Shown one piece after another: positions 1 through 7,242 of a stretch of 23,331 bases of DNA. Made by a program: the position numbers and the translations under genes. Source of the DNA: Sulfurimonadaceae bacterium (GTDB lineage: Bacteria > Campylobacterota > Campylobacteria > Campylobacterales > Sulfurimonadaceae); the NCBI GenBank assembly GCA_041548245.1, contig JBFESZ010000026.1, positions 1 to 23,331 on the forward strand, in the 5' to 3' direction. Positions within the stretch are counted from its first letter, which is position 1. Every line of letters begins with the position of its first letter. The notes below the pieces were generated by a model. The model saw nothing but the letters and a program-made list of their open reading frames with translations. It was not told where the DNA came from and ran no database searches.

Positions 1-520
1 GAATAAATTCTATCTTGTATTTACTAAAAATATGCTTCCATGATGATTTTTTTTCAATCTTTTTAAAAAATTTGTTTAATAACTCTTTTTTATTTATCTC
101 AACATCAAGTGAACCAAAGCCTTCTGGGGATTTCACAAGATTAATTCCAATTCCACATAAAAGATCATTTTCTCTTAAAAAAGTGATTGTTCCACCTATC
201 TTTTCATTTCCAAGATAGAAATCATTGGGCCATTTCAGCCAAAGTTTAGAGCCCTCTTCCATCAAGGTCTCTTTCAAAAGGTATGAGAAGTAGATAGATG
301 AAGACTCTAATGCCAGGTCTGAAGGCAGCTCATCCCGACTGATAGCGAAAGAGAAAAAAAGATTTCCTTCCAAACCTATCCAGGAGTTTCCACGCGAACC
401 AACTCCTTTGGTTTGCCTTTTAGCTACAATGGCCACAGGAGAGCGCACGTCACCTGTGCGAAGTTTTTCTTTTAGATAAGTCTGTGTAGAATCGAGTTCA
501 TCAAACCAATATATCTGCAC
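1..520 (-). CDS. birA: Biotin--[acetyl-CoA-carboxylase] ligase (group I, no N-terminal HTH); 3' end runs off the window
   Basis: Not in the ORF track. Manual translation from GTG at 518-520 gives [18 protein letters not shown]...AKRQTKGVGSRGNSW...GNLFFSFA...WLKWPNDFYLGNEKIGG, containing the BPL motifs DST, QTxGxGxRG.xW, KWPND and KIGG. Overlaps the fmt 3' end; fmt-birA order as in Campylobacter. Confidence 0.93.
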   Translation of the reverse strand, partial: MQIYWFDELDSTQTYLKEKLRTGDVRSPVAIVAKRQTKGVGSRGNSWIGLEGNLFFSFAISRDELPSDLALESSSIYFSYLLKETLMEEGSKLWLKWPNDFYLGNEKIGGTITFLRENDLLCGIGINLVKSPEGFGSLDVEINKKELLNKFFKKIEKKSSWKHIFSKYKIEFI

Positions 521-1412
521 GCTTTAGTTTTTTCCCATTTAGGTATGAAGCGCCATCAACCTGTTTTTTTGATGGGGCCTGAAGTTGGTTAACACGAATA
601 CAACCTTTCTTACATCCCACTAAAAATGAATCTTTGGATTTGACCAAAATTTCACCGGGTTGATAACTTCCCTGGGTCGATTGCAAAACTATATCTTTGA
701 GCTTCAATCCACTCTCCAAATACACACCGGGCCAAGGGGTAAATGCGCGATATTTGTTATATAGTTCCTGCGCATCGTCAAAACTGACCAATCCGTTTTC
801 TTTGCTAATCTTTGAACAATGGGTTGCAGCAGCATCATTCTGTTTTTGAGGCGTTAATGTATAATAGTTTTTCAATACATCAAGAGTCAAATCAGCCGCA
901 ATAGCTGTCAAAGCATCGAAGAGATCCTCAACCATCATATCACGAGGAATTTCAAATCTTGAAATCTTCAAGATATCTCCTGTATCCAATCCTTCATCCA
1001 TCAACATTGCTGTCACACCAGTCTCTTTATCACCATTAAGCAAAGACTGTTGAATAGGGCTTGCTCCCCGGTACTGCGGTAATATAGATGCATGCAAATT
1101 AATACATGGAGCAATATCCAAAATACTCTTGGGCAATATCTGTCCATAGGCTGCAACTACAATAAAATCAGGATGCAAAGCTTTTATCTCTTCTTCTATC
1201 TTATCTGAGCGAAGATTGACAGGCTGATGTACCAAAATTCCATTTTCAAGTGCCACCTTCTTCACAATCGGTGGTGTCAGCACCATCTTTCGTCCAACCG
1301 GTTTATCTGGCTGGGTATATACACTAAGTACATTGATTTTCGGGTCTTTAATAAGTGCTTGTAAAATAACAGAAGCATAATCCGGTGTACCCATATAAAC
1401 AACATTTATCAT
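501..1412 (-). CDS. fmt: Methionyl-tRNA formyltransferase
   Basis: [42 protein letters not shown] and [10 protein letters not shown] motifs. Confidence 0.97.
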   Translation of the reverse strand: MINVVYMGTPDYASVILQALIKDPKINVLSVYTQPDKPVGRKMVLTPPIVKKVALENGILVHQPVNLRSDKIEEEIKALHPDFIVVAAYGQILPKSILDIAPCINLHASILPQYRGASPIQQSLLNGDKETGVTAMLMDEGLDTGDILKISRFEIPRDMMVEDLFDALTAIAADLTLDVLKNYYTLTPQKQNDAAATHCSKISKENGLVSFDDAQELYNKYRAFTPWPGVYLESGLKLKDIVLQSTQGSYQPGEILVKSKDSFLVGCKKGCIRVNQLQAPSKKQVDGASYLNGKKLKRADILV

Positions 1413-2164
1413 CTGAACAGTGTCCCCCCTTTATGATCGTTCTCAAGCAGGAAACTCTTGACATCACTAAGATCAAAGCCGCTAGCTAAAAACATTGATT
1501 TCTCTCTTTTCAACAAAAAGTCTGCCGCTTTGAGTTTAGTCACAATTCCACCCGTAGCGAATGAATTGTTCGGCGTCACTACAGCCTCAAGCTCGCTTGG
1601 TTCTATAGCGGAAACCACTTTCAAAACCTTTGCATCTTCATGTTTTCTCGGATCCTTGTCATAATAGGCATCGATATCTGAAAGAATGATTAGCATATCT
1701 GCATCAAAATAATACGCCGTATAAGCCGAAAGCTGATCATTATCACCAAGAACTAATTCATCCGTAGCTGTTGCATCATTCTCATTGATAATAGGTAGGG
1801 CACCTTTTTCAATAAGTGCGTTGATCGTATTTTTTGCAGAAGTTGCCTGTTCAGGTGTTTTAAAATTTGACGCCGTCACAAGGACCTGTGCAACAATTAT
1901 CTCATGTCCTTCAAACTTCTTTTTATAACGGTTCATCAAAAGAGGTTGACCTATCGCAGCAAGTGCCTGTTTATTTGCCAAAATACTTTTGTCTAGTTTG
2001 AGTTCTGTATATCCAGCTGCCACTGCACCGGATGAGACAAGAATCACATCATATTTTTCTCGTAACTGAGCAATAAAATCAACAAGGTTTTGCATTCGCT
2101 CACGAGCAATTCTATTTTGTTCAGTCAATACAGCTGAACCAACTTTGATCACTATACGTTTCAT
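1409..2164 (-). CDS. proB: Glutamate 5-kinase (short form lacking the PUA domain)
   Basis: [52 protein letters not shown]; 251 aa; ATGA overlaps with both neighbours. Confidence 0.97.
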   Translation of the reverse strand: MKRIVIKVGSAVLTEQNRIARERMQNLVDFIAQLREKYDVILVSSGAVAAGYTELKLDKSILANKQALAAIGQPLLMNRYKKKFEGHEIIVAQVLVTASNFKTPEQATSAKNTINALIEKGALPIINENDATATDELVLGDNDQLSAYTAYYFDADMLIILSDIDAYYDKDPRKHEDAKVLKVVSAIEPSELEAVVTPNNSFATGGIVTKLKAADFLLKREKSMFLASGFDLSDVKSFLLENDHKGGTLFR

Positions 2165-3255
2165 CGATGGTGTCGCACCAGCTCAAACAGAGCATGTGAT
2201 AATGCTTTCGTGTTTTTATGTGTCACTGAAGATATAGGAGCCACGACAAAAGGAAGATCATTGTCATACTCTCCTGTCACATCAGGGACTTGTTCATAAA
2301 AAGGAAGATCGTCATCAAAGCCATACTGACTTTTGAGTGTCGGTTTCAGACCAAGCATTTTGATAAAGGCGGCACTCTTCTCTTCTGCTTCTTCCGGACT
2401 CATAGCATCAGAACGCGTCATTGCAATCGCAAAGGAACGGGTAGAAAGTACTTTGGAAAAGTTCTCCAATTCAACTTTCAAGGTATCGTACTGATACTCC
2501 ATTTCATGATATGAAGCCAAGTCTATAGTAAATAGCAGTGTCTTTGTGCGCTCGATATGCTGAAGAAACTGCAGACCAAGACCTTTCCCCTCAGAAGCTC
2601 CCCCTATAATCCCCGGGATATCAGCCATGACAAAAGAATCATAATCACCAATATCAACCTGACCGAGTTTTGGTGTAAGTGTTGTAAACTCATAGTTTGC
2701 TATCTCAGGGCGAGCGTTTGATACCGTAGAGATAAGTGTCGATTTTCCCACATTGGGAAAACCGACCAGACCAACATCAGCCATCAATTTAAGGTCTAAT
2801 ATCACCTCTTTCGTCACACCTGGAAGACCTGGTTGCGCATAAGTAGGAGTCTGATTCGTAGAAGACTTAAAATGGTAGTTACCAAGACCACCTTTACCCC
2901 CTCTGAGGTAAACAAACTCTTCGCCATGCTTGGTCAGATCACAAACGACTTCTCCTGTCTCTTTGTCAATAACCTGTGTTCCCGGAGGTACGATAACATA
3001 ATGTGTTTTACCAGACTTTCCCGTACAACGGCTTGCACCGCCTTGTTGTCCATTATCCGCTTTGGCATGATGACGTCCACGAAAATGAGATAGTGTATGA
3101 GTATTGTTGTCACATCTAAAAGCCAGGTCACCGCCTTTACCACCGTCACCCCCTTCAGGGCCACCTTGCGTGACAAATTTTTCGCGGCGGAAAGCGACAC
3201 AACCTTGTCCGCCTTTTCCTGATGACACAGTGATTTCTACACGATCTATAAACAT
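2161..3255 (-). CDS. obgE: GTPase ObgE/CgtA
   Basis: Gly-rich Obg domain ([18 protein letters not shown]), G1 [19 protein letters not shown]. Start placed at the second ATG (3255) because the AAGGA Shine-Dalgarno abuts the first ATG (3261). Confidence 0.97.
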   Translation of the reverse strand: MFIDRVEITVSSGKGGQGCVAFRREKFVTQGGPEGGDGGKGGDLAFRCDNNTHTLSHFRGRHHAKADNGQQGGASRCTGKSGKTHYVIVPPGTQVIDKETGEVVCDLTKHGEEFVYLRGGKGGLGNYHFKSSTNQTPTYAQPGLPGVTKEVILDLKLMADVGLVGFPNVGKSTLISTVSNARPEIANYEFTTLTPKLGQVDIGDYDSFVMADIPGIIGGASEGKGLGLQFLQHIERTKTLLFTIDLASYHEMEYQYDTLKVELENFSKVLSTRSFAIAMTRSDAMSPEEAEEKSAAFIKMLGLKPTLKSQYGFDDDLPFYEQVPDVTGEYDNDLPFVVAPISSVTHKNTKALSHALFELVRHHR

Positions 3256-3389
3256 CGTCATTCCTTCTTAAAATAGGGATATGTTATACAAAATTCTTCA
3301 AAACTCAAGAGTATACAAATTTAATATGAAAGTATACTATTAAATGTTGAAATTCTGATTTTATTGAGGTTATATTTGAATAGAAGAGA

Positions 3390-3453
3390 TACTCGCCGAG
3401 GCAAGAAACCTTCAGAAACATTCATCTGAAAAAGGTTCTCACACCCACGAGCA
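3390..3453 (-). other. Long imperfect stem-loop immediately downstream of rpmA (terminator, processing or stability element)
   Basis: Minus-strand RNA: UGCUCGU/GCGAGUA, GUGAGAACCU/AGGUUUCUUGC and UUCAGA/UCUGAA stack into one ~64-nt hairpin. Confidence 0.55.
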
Positions 3454-3458
3454 ATTAA

Positions 3459-3713
3459 TTATGCAGGGATAATTGAAACTTGTTTACGTTTTTTGTCATA
3501 ACGCTCAAAAGCAACTACACCGTCTACAAGAGCGAATAGAGTGTGATCTTTACCCATTCCGATGTTTTTACCTGGGTGGATTTTAGTTCCACGTTGACGA
3601 ATAATGATGTTACCCGCACGTACAGTCTCACCGCCATATTTTTTAACGCCTAAACGACGTCCAGCAGAATCTCTATTATTCTGTGTACTACCCTGACCTT
3701 TCTTATGTGCCAT
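3459..3713 (-). CDS. rpmA: 50S ribosomal protein bL27
   Basis: [24 protein letters not shown]...[17 protein letters not shown] upstream. Confidence 0.99.
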   Translation of the reverse strand: MAHKKGQGSTQNNRDSAGRRLGVKKYGGETVRAGNIIIRQRGTKIHPGKNIGMGKDHTLFALVDGVVAFERYDKKRKQVSIIPA

Positions 3714-3747
3714 CTTAGTGTCCTTTTAGTTTTGTTAAAACTGCTTA

Positions 3748-4056
3748 TTAAGCAGCGATTTTCGTGATACGTACACGAGTAAAGTCACGACGGAAACCGC
3801 GTTTGACTTTAGAGTCTTTACGACGACGTTTTTTGAATGTGATAACTTTTTTATCACGACCTTCGTTGATCACTTCAGCAGTCACAACAGCACCGTCAAC
3901 ATATGGAGTACCAAATTTAAGTTCACCATTGTTTACAGCCAAAACTTCTTTGATTTCAACTGCTGCTTTTGGCTCTAAAGACATTTTGTCTAGTAAAAGG
4001 ATATCACCCTCTTGAACCTTGTACTGTTTACCACCATTTTTGATAATTGCGTACAT
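3748..4056 (-). CDS. rplU: 50S ribosomal protein bL21
   Basis: [18 protein letters not shown]...KKRRRK...GFRRDFT; AAGGA SD upstream. Confidence 0.99.
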   Translation of the reverse strand: MYAIIKNGGKQYKVQEGDILLLDKMSLEPKAAVEIKEVLAVNNGELKFGTPYVDGAVVTAEVINEGRDKKVITFKKRRRKDSKVKRGFRRDFTRVRITKIAA

Positions 4057-4283
4057 TAAATTTCCTTGTTTTAATTAAGAGTCCTCTAAAAACGCTTAGT
4101 GCCTGCACTAAACCCATCATCACAAAACTCTATAATAGCCTCAAGGCAATTAAGAAAGTTCAACATTGGTGATAATCAAGCCTGCGCAAGTAAAGAGAAG
4201 GAGTTTCACCCTCTCCGACACCAAGAGTTCTAAAAAACTCTTTTAGTCTTTGACAAGACACTCGTGATGCCCTGAGTTAAAGT
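4057..4283 (-). promoter_or_regulatory. Putative long structured 5' leader (or ncRNA) of the rplU-rpmA operon
   Basis: About 225 nt between a TATAAT box and the rplU start, containing a 9-bp closing stem (4268-4276 with 4140-4148), internal hairpins (4246-4259, 4223-4242, 4194-4216) and a hairpin plus U-run (about 4088-4113). Confidence 0.55.
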
Positions 4284-4289
4284 TCGCGA

Positions 4290-4312
4290 ATTATACTGAA
4301 GTTTTCTTTAAA
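4290..4312 (-). promoter_or_regulatory. Sigma70-type promoter of rplU
   Basis: TATAAT at 4290-4295 (minus) with an upstream AT-rich TTTAAAG tract (4306-4312), typical of Campylobacterota promoters. Confidence 0.6.
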
Positions 4313-4340
4313 CTTACTTTATCCATCCGCATGGATCATA

Positions 4341-4778
4341 CTACTTGATTCGTCTTACACAACGTACATAATTTGTATCACTTTTATGATAATACGATAC
4401 GTCCTCATAAATGAATAAAACGATCCATCCATATTCTTTAGAATACTCTGTTGATGACCAGTAGTAGTCAGCATTTACATTTTCAAAGGCATTATCAATA
4501 CACCGTGGGTAGTTTTCCGCTTTGATGATGCTCTTTAACTCATCAACACTCGGTAGATACCAGTCCCTATATCCTGCCAAATCCAAATCGTCACAATATG
4601 CTTTTGCCTCTTTCAGACTCTTATCGATGCTCACACTGTTGTCTTGCCACATAAGATGGCGCTGCTGATCGATGACAACCTCTTTCGTATTGTCTCGGTA
4701 AAACTCATCTGCCTGTAGCGTACACAATGTCAGATATACACTAAGCAGGTAGAAAAGCGGTTTTACCGGAATACTCAT
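4341..4778 (-). CDS. Secreted DUF1566 (Lcl C-terminal domain) protein
   Basis: VVID...LMWQD, AKAYCDDLDLAGYRDWYLPSVDELKSI, YYWSST and terminal YVRCVR are family hallmarks. N-terminal hydrophobic signal peptide. Start moved to ATG 4778, just after the ridA stop. Confidence 0.85.
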   Translation of the reverse strand: MSIPVKPLFYLLSVYLTLCTLQADEFYRDNTKEVVIDQQRHLMWQDNSVSIDKSLKEAKAYCDDLDLAGYRDWYLPSVDELKSIIKAENYPRCIDNAFENVNADYYWSSTEYSKEYGWIVLFIYEDVSYYHKSDTNYVRCVRRIK

Positions 4779-4779
4779 C

Positions 4780-5178
4780 CTAATAAGAGTAGTGATCTGG
4801 ACAAAGCGCAATCACTTCTATCTCAACCAAGGCATTTTTCGGCAATGTCTTGGCCGCGACAAGAGAACGCGCCGGTTTATGCTCACCAAAGGCTTCTGCA
4901 TAAATCTCGTTGACAGTAGCGAAATCATTGATATCGGCAACAAAAGCCATCACTTTGACTACCTTGTCCAATGAAGTTCCTGCTTCTTCAAGTACTGCTT
5001 TGAGATTGGCAAACACCTGTTTGGTCTGAAGTACAACATCATCCTCGACCATACTTCCGTCCGGACGCAAAGCAATCTGACCTGAGGTATATACCATACC
5101 ATTAACTTTCACCGCTTGGGAGTAGGGACCGATAGCGGCCGGTGCATTCTCTGTTGCGATAAACTCCATTTTACTCAT
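4780..5178 (-). CDS. ridA: RidA/YjgF family enamine/imine deaminase
   Basis: [34 protein letters not shown] (catalytic Arg), [10 protein letters not shown]. Confidence 0.93.
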   Translation of the reverse strand: MSKMEFIATENAPAAIGPYSQAVKVNGMVYTSGQIALRPDGSMVEDDVVLQTKQVFANLKAVLEEAGTSLDKVVKVMAFVADINDFATVNEIYAEAFGEHKPARSLVAAKTLPKNALVEIEVIALCPDHYSY

Positions 5179-5201
5179 TTACTCTCTCCAATGTTTTTGT
5201 T

Positions 5202-5207
5202 ATTTTA
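5202..5207 (-). promoter_or_regulatory. Possible -10 box of ridA
   Basis: TAAAAT on the minus strand 23 nt upstream of the ATG; GGAG SD in between. Confidence 0.4.
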
Positions 5208-5253
5208 CTCAAAAAAAGTGATATTTGTTCACTCTCTATTTCAAGTTTCCGTT

Positions 5254-5664
5254 TTAATAACTTTTACGTCCTAGCTTATAATCCACATCGTCTAAAAACG
5301 AAAGATAATCCTCTACATTCCAATAGCCAACCACTTTTTTAATAATAGGCTGGCCATTGACATCAAGAAAGAAGGTCGTAGGCACCCCACTCGCTTTTAA
5401 ATGGCTGGGATAATCATCCTTACCTCGAGTAACATGCACTGAGATATAATCCTTTTCAAGACGATTGATAACACCTTCATCTTGCAAGGTTGTCGATTCA
5501 AGCTTACGGCACCAACGACATCGCTTCGTTGTCACCAGGAGCATCACATTCTTATTCTGCTGAAAAGCCTTTTGCATGGCTTCTTCATAGCTCTTTGCCC
5601 AATTAAGTTCAGCCCCATACAGTGAAAAGAAACTCAAACATAATGATATAAATATTTTTCGCAT
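5254..5664 (-). CDS. Exported thioredoxin-fold protein (CRWC; SoxW/thioredoxin-like family)
   Basis: Signal peptide MRKIFISLCLSFFSLYGA, W.xSYEEAM..A..xNK pattern, CRWC active site, GVPT cis-Pro loop. Confidence 0.85.
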   Translation of the reverse strand: MRKIFISLCLSFFSLYGAELNWAKSYEEAMQKAFQQNKNVMLLVTTKRCRWCRKLESTTLQDEGVINRLEKDYISVHVTRGKDDYPSHLKASGVPTTFFLDVNGQPIIKKVVGYWNVEDYLSFLDDVDYKLGRKSY

Positions 5665-5693
5665 AGTTAAACTTCTTTTTTAATCTAGTGCAT

Positions 5694-5702
5694 ATTCTAT
5701 CA
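5694..5702 (-). promoter_or_regulatory. Extended -10 promoter of the thioredoxin gene
   Basis: TGATAGAAT (TGn-TAnAAT) about 30 nt upstream of the ATG. Confidence 0.5.
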
Positions 5703-5780
5703 TAAGCATACTAACATCTCTTATACCAATGGATACGAGATCTTAGCATTTATACAAACGGTGTGTGAAAGTCTTCAGCT

Positions 5781-6875
5781 TTAAAATGTATCGATCAACT
5801 CTCTAAAGACTTCATACAATTTCTGTACTTCTTCTTTTGAAGTCCGTTCATTTGGAGCATGAATCGTATCGTTTTTGACACCAAACTCAACTACATCAAC
5901 ACCGCACGGAGAAATAAACCTGGCATCTGATGTTCCCCCTGCCGTAGAGTGTTTAGGCTTTACACCTGTTACCTTTTCGATAGCACTGTCAAGGGTTCGC
6001 ACAATATGCGTATTCGAATCAGTCACAAACGGATAGGCTGACTGATCAAGCTTCAGCGAATAATTCATTGACTTAAAGTGCTCCTGAACAAACTCTTCTA
6101 TCTCTTTTTGGGTCGTCTTTGTCGAATTACGTACATTAAACATCATCTTGAGTTTACCCGGTGAGACATTGGTCACTTCCATACCTGCTCTGATATCCGT
6201 CACGACAAACTTTGAAGGAGAAAAATATTCATCTCCCTCATCCAGATTTATACCTGCCACCTGCTGTAGAACCTGAGCAATCTGATGAATGGGATTGATA
6301 GCCTTTTCAGGATAAGCAGCATGCCCCTGCTTACCAATTATCTCTATCACGCCATTAATGGAACCTCGACGTCCAACCTTCATCGCATCACCAAAGACCT
6401 GTTCACAGGTAGGTTCAGCAACAATACAAGCATCAGGCATCAGGTTTTGCTCCTTAAGGGCCTCCAATACCTTGACTGTACCATTCTTAGCGGGCCCCTC
6501 TTCATCCGATGTAAGCAAAAGCGAAAGTGTTCCATCAAATACTATCGTATCATGAACTGCTTGGATAAAAGCTGACAATCCGGACTTCATATCTTGTGCA
6601 CCGCGCCCGTAGATATATCCATCCTTCTCTACTGCTTCATAAGGGTTGCTTTCCCACCCTTCGCCAGCTGGAACCACGTCAACATGGCCGGCAAAGCACA
6701 GATGCTTACCTTCCCCAAACTTTTTATAGATAAAGAGGTTTTTCACCTCTTCTACATTAATCACGACAGAGGTATAACCCTCAAGGTATTCACTTATCCA
6801 TGCAAGTGCTCCACCATCCTCAGGTGTCTCACTTTTACGCTCGATCATACTTTTAAAAAGTTCTATAACATCCAC
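5781..6875 (-). CDS. dapE: Succinyl-diaminopimelate desuccinylase
   Basis: FAGHVDVVP, YGRGAQDMK, TSDEEG, AEPT, GRRGS, QGHAAYP, STAGGTSDARF, TIH; GTG start. Confidence 0.96.
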   Translation of the reverse strand: MDVIELFKSMIERKSETPEDGGALAWISEYLEGYTSVVINVEEVKNLFIYKKFGEGKHLCFAGHVDVVPAGEGWESNPYEAVEKDGYIYGRGAQDMKSGLSAFIQAVHDTIVFDGTLSLLLTSDEEGPAKNGTVKVLEALKEQNLMPDACIVAEPTCEQVFGDAMKVGRRGSINGVIEIIGKQGHAAYPEKAINPIHQIAQVLQQVAGINLDEGDEYFSPSKFVVTDIRAGMEVTNVSPGKLKMMFNVRNSTKTTQKEIEEFVQEHFKSMNYSLKLDQSAYPFVTDSNTHIVRTLDSAIEKVTGVKPKHSTAGGTSDARFISPCGVDVVEFGVKNDTIHAPNERTSKEEVQKLYEVFRELIDTF

Positions 6876-6884
6876 GTCTTCTGC

Positions 6885-7226
6885 CTACTTCTTCGCATTT
6901 TCATAAAATACATACGATGTAGAATAATCACTGATCTCAAAATAGACCTTTTTCTCACCCTCATCGACTTTAAGATTAAAGTTCTCATCCATCACACCAT
7001 AGCCATAACGATAGGCACGAGGCTGATTGTCGCTTGCGTCAGCTCCTGTTGTCAATTTGTCTACTTTAATAAAGCGCTTGACAAGTTTCTCACCGGCATA
7101 CACATCAAGAACACCATTCGTTCCCGTATAGTTCTGAATAGCCCGGCCAAATTTGTTTTGGCTCTCTTGGGTACATCCTGTTAATAATATGAGTGATGTC
7201 ACTGATATCATGAATAATTTATGCAT
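6885..7226 (-). CDS. Hypothetical lipoprotein
   Basis: Lipobox LLTG-C at residue 17; AAGGA SD; fills the gap between mutS and dapE (16 and 9 nt spacers). No family recognised. Confidence 0.8.
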   Translation of the reverse strand: MHKLFMISVTSLILLTGCTQESQNKFGRAIQNYTGTNGVLDVYAGEKLVKRFIKVDKLTTGADASDNQPRAYRYGYGVMDENFNLKVDEGEKKVYFEISDYSTSYVFYENAKK

Positions 7227-7242
7227 CTTATATCCTTTTTAT

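Noticed and set aside
15-218. 67-aa plus-strand ORF
   Set aside because: Antisense to birA.
3310-3338. AGTATAC repeated 21 bp apart upstream of obgE
   Set aside because: Short and in AT-rich DNA; may simply be TATACT -10-like boxes or chance. Insufficient support for an operator.
4088-4283. rplU upstream region as SRP RNA, 6S RNA, tRNA or tmRNA
   Set aside because: No SRP helix-8 motif, no tRNA T-loop/CCA, and the fold is multibranched rather than the 6S rod; kept only as an unassigned leader.
4321-4336. ATCCAT-CCGC-ATGGAT hairpin after the DUF1566 gene
   Set aside because: Only 6 bp and no U-tract on the coding strand; not called as a terminator.
4341-4778. DUF1566 protein as a diversity-generating retroelement target
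   Set aside because: No reverse transcriptase and no second near-copy (template repeat) of its 3' end seen in the window.
6594-7184. 196-aa plus-strand ORF (and 6285-6575, 6358-6555)
   Set aside because: Antisense to dapE and the lipoprotein, no recognisable motifs; shadow ORFs.
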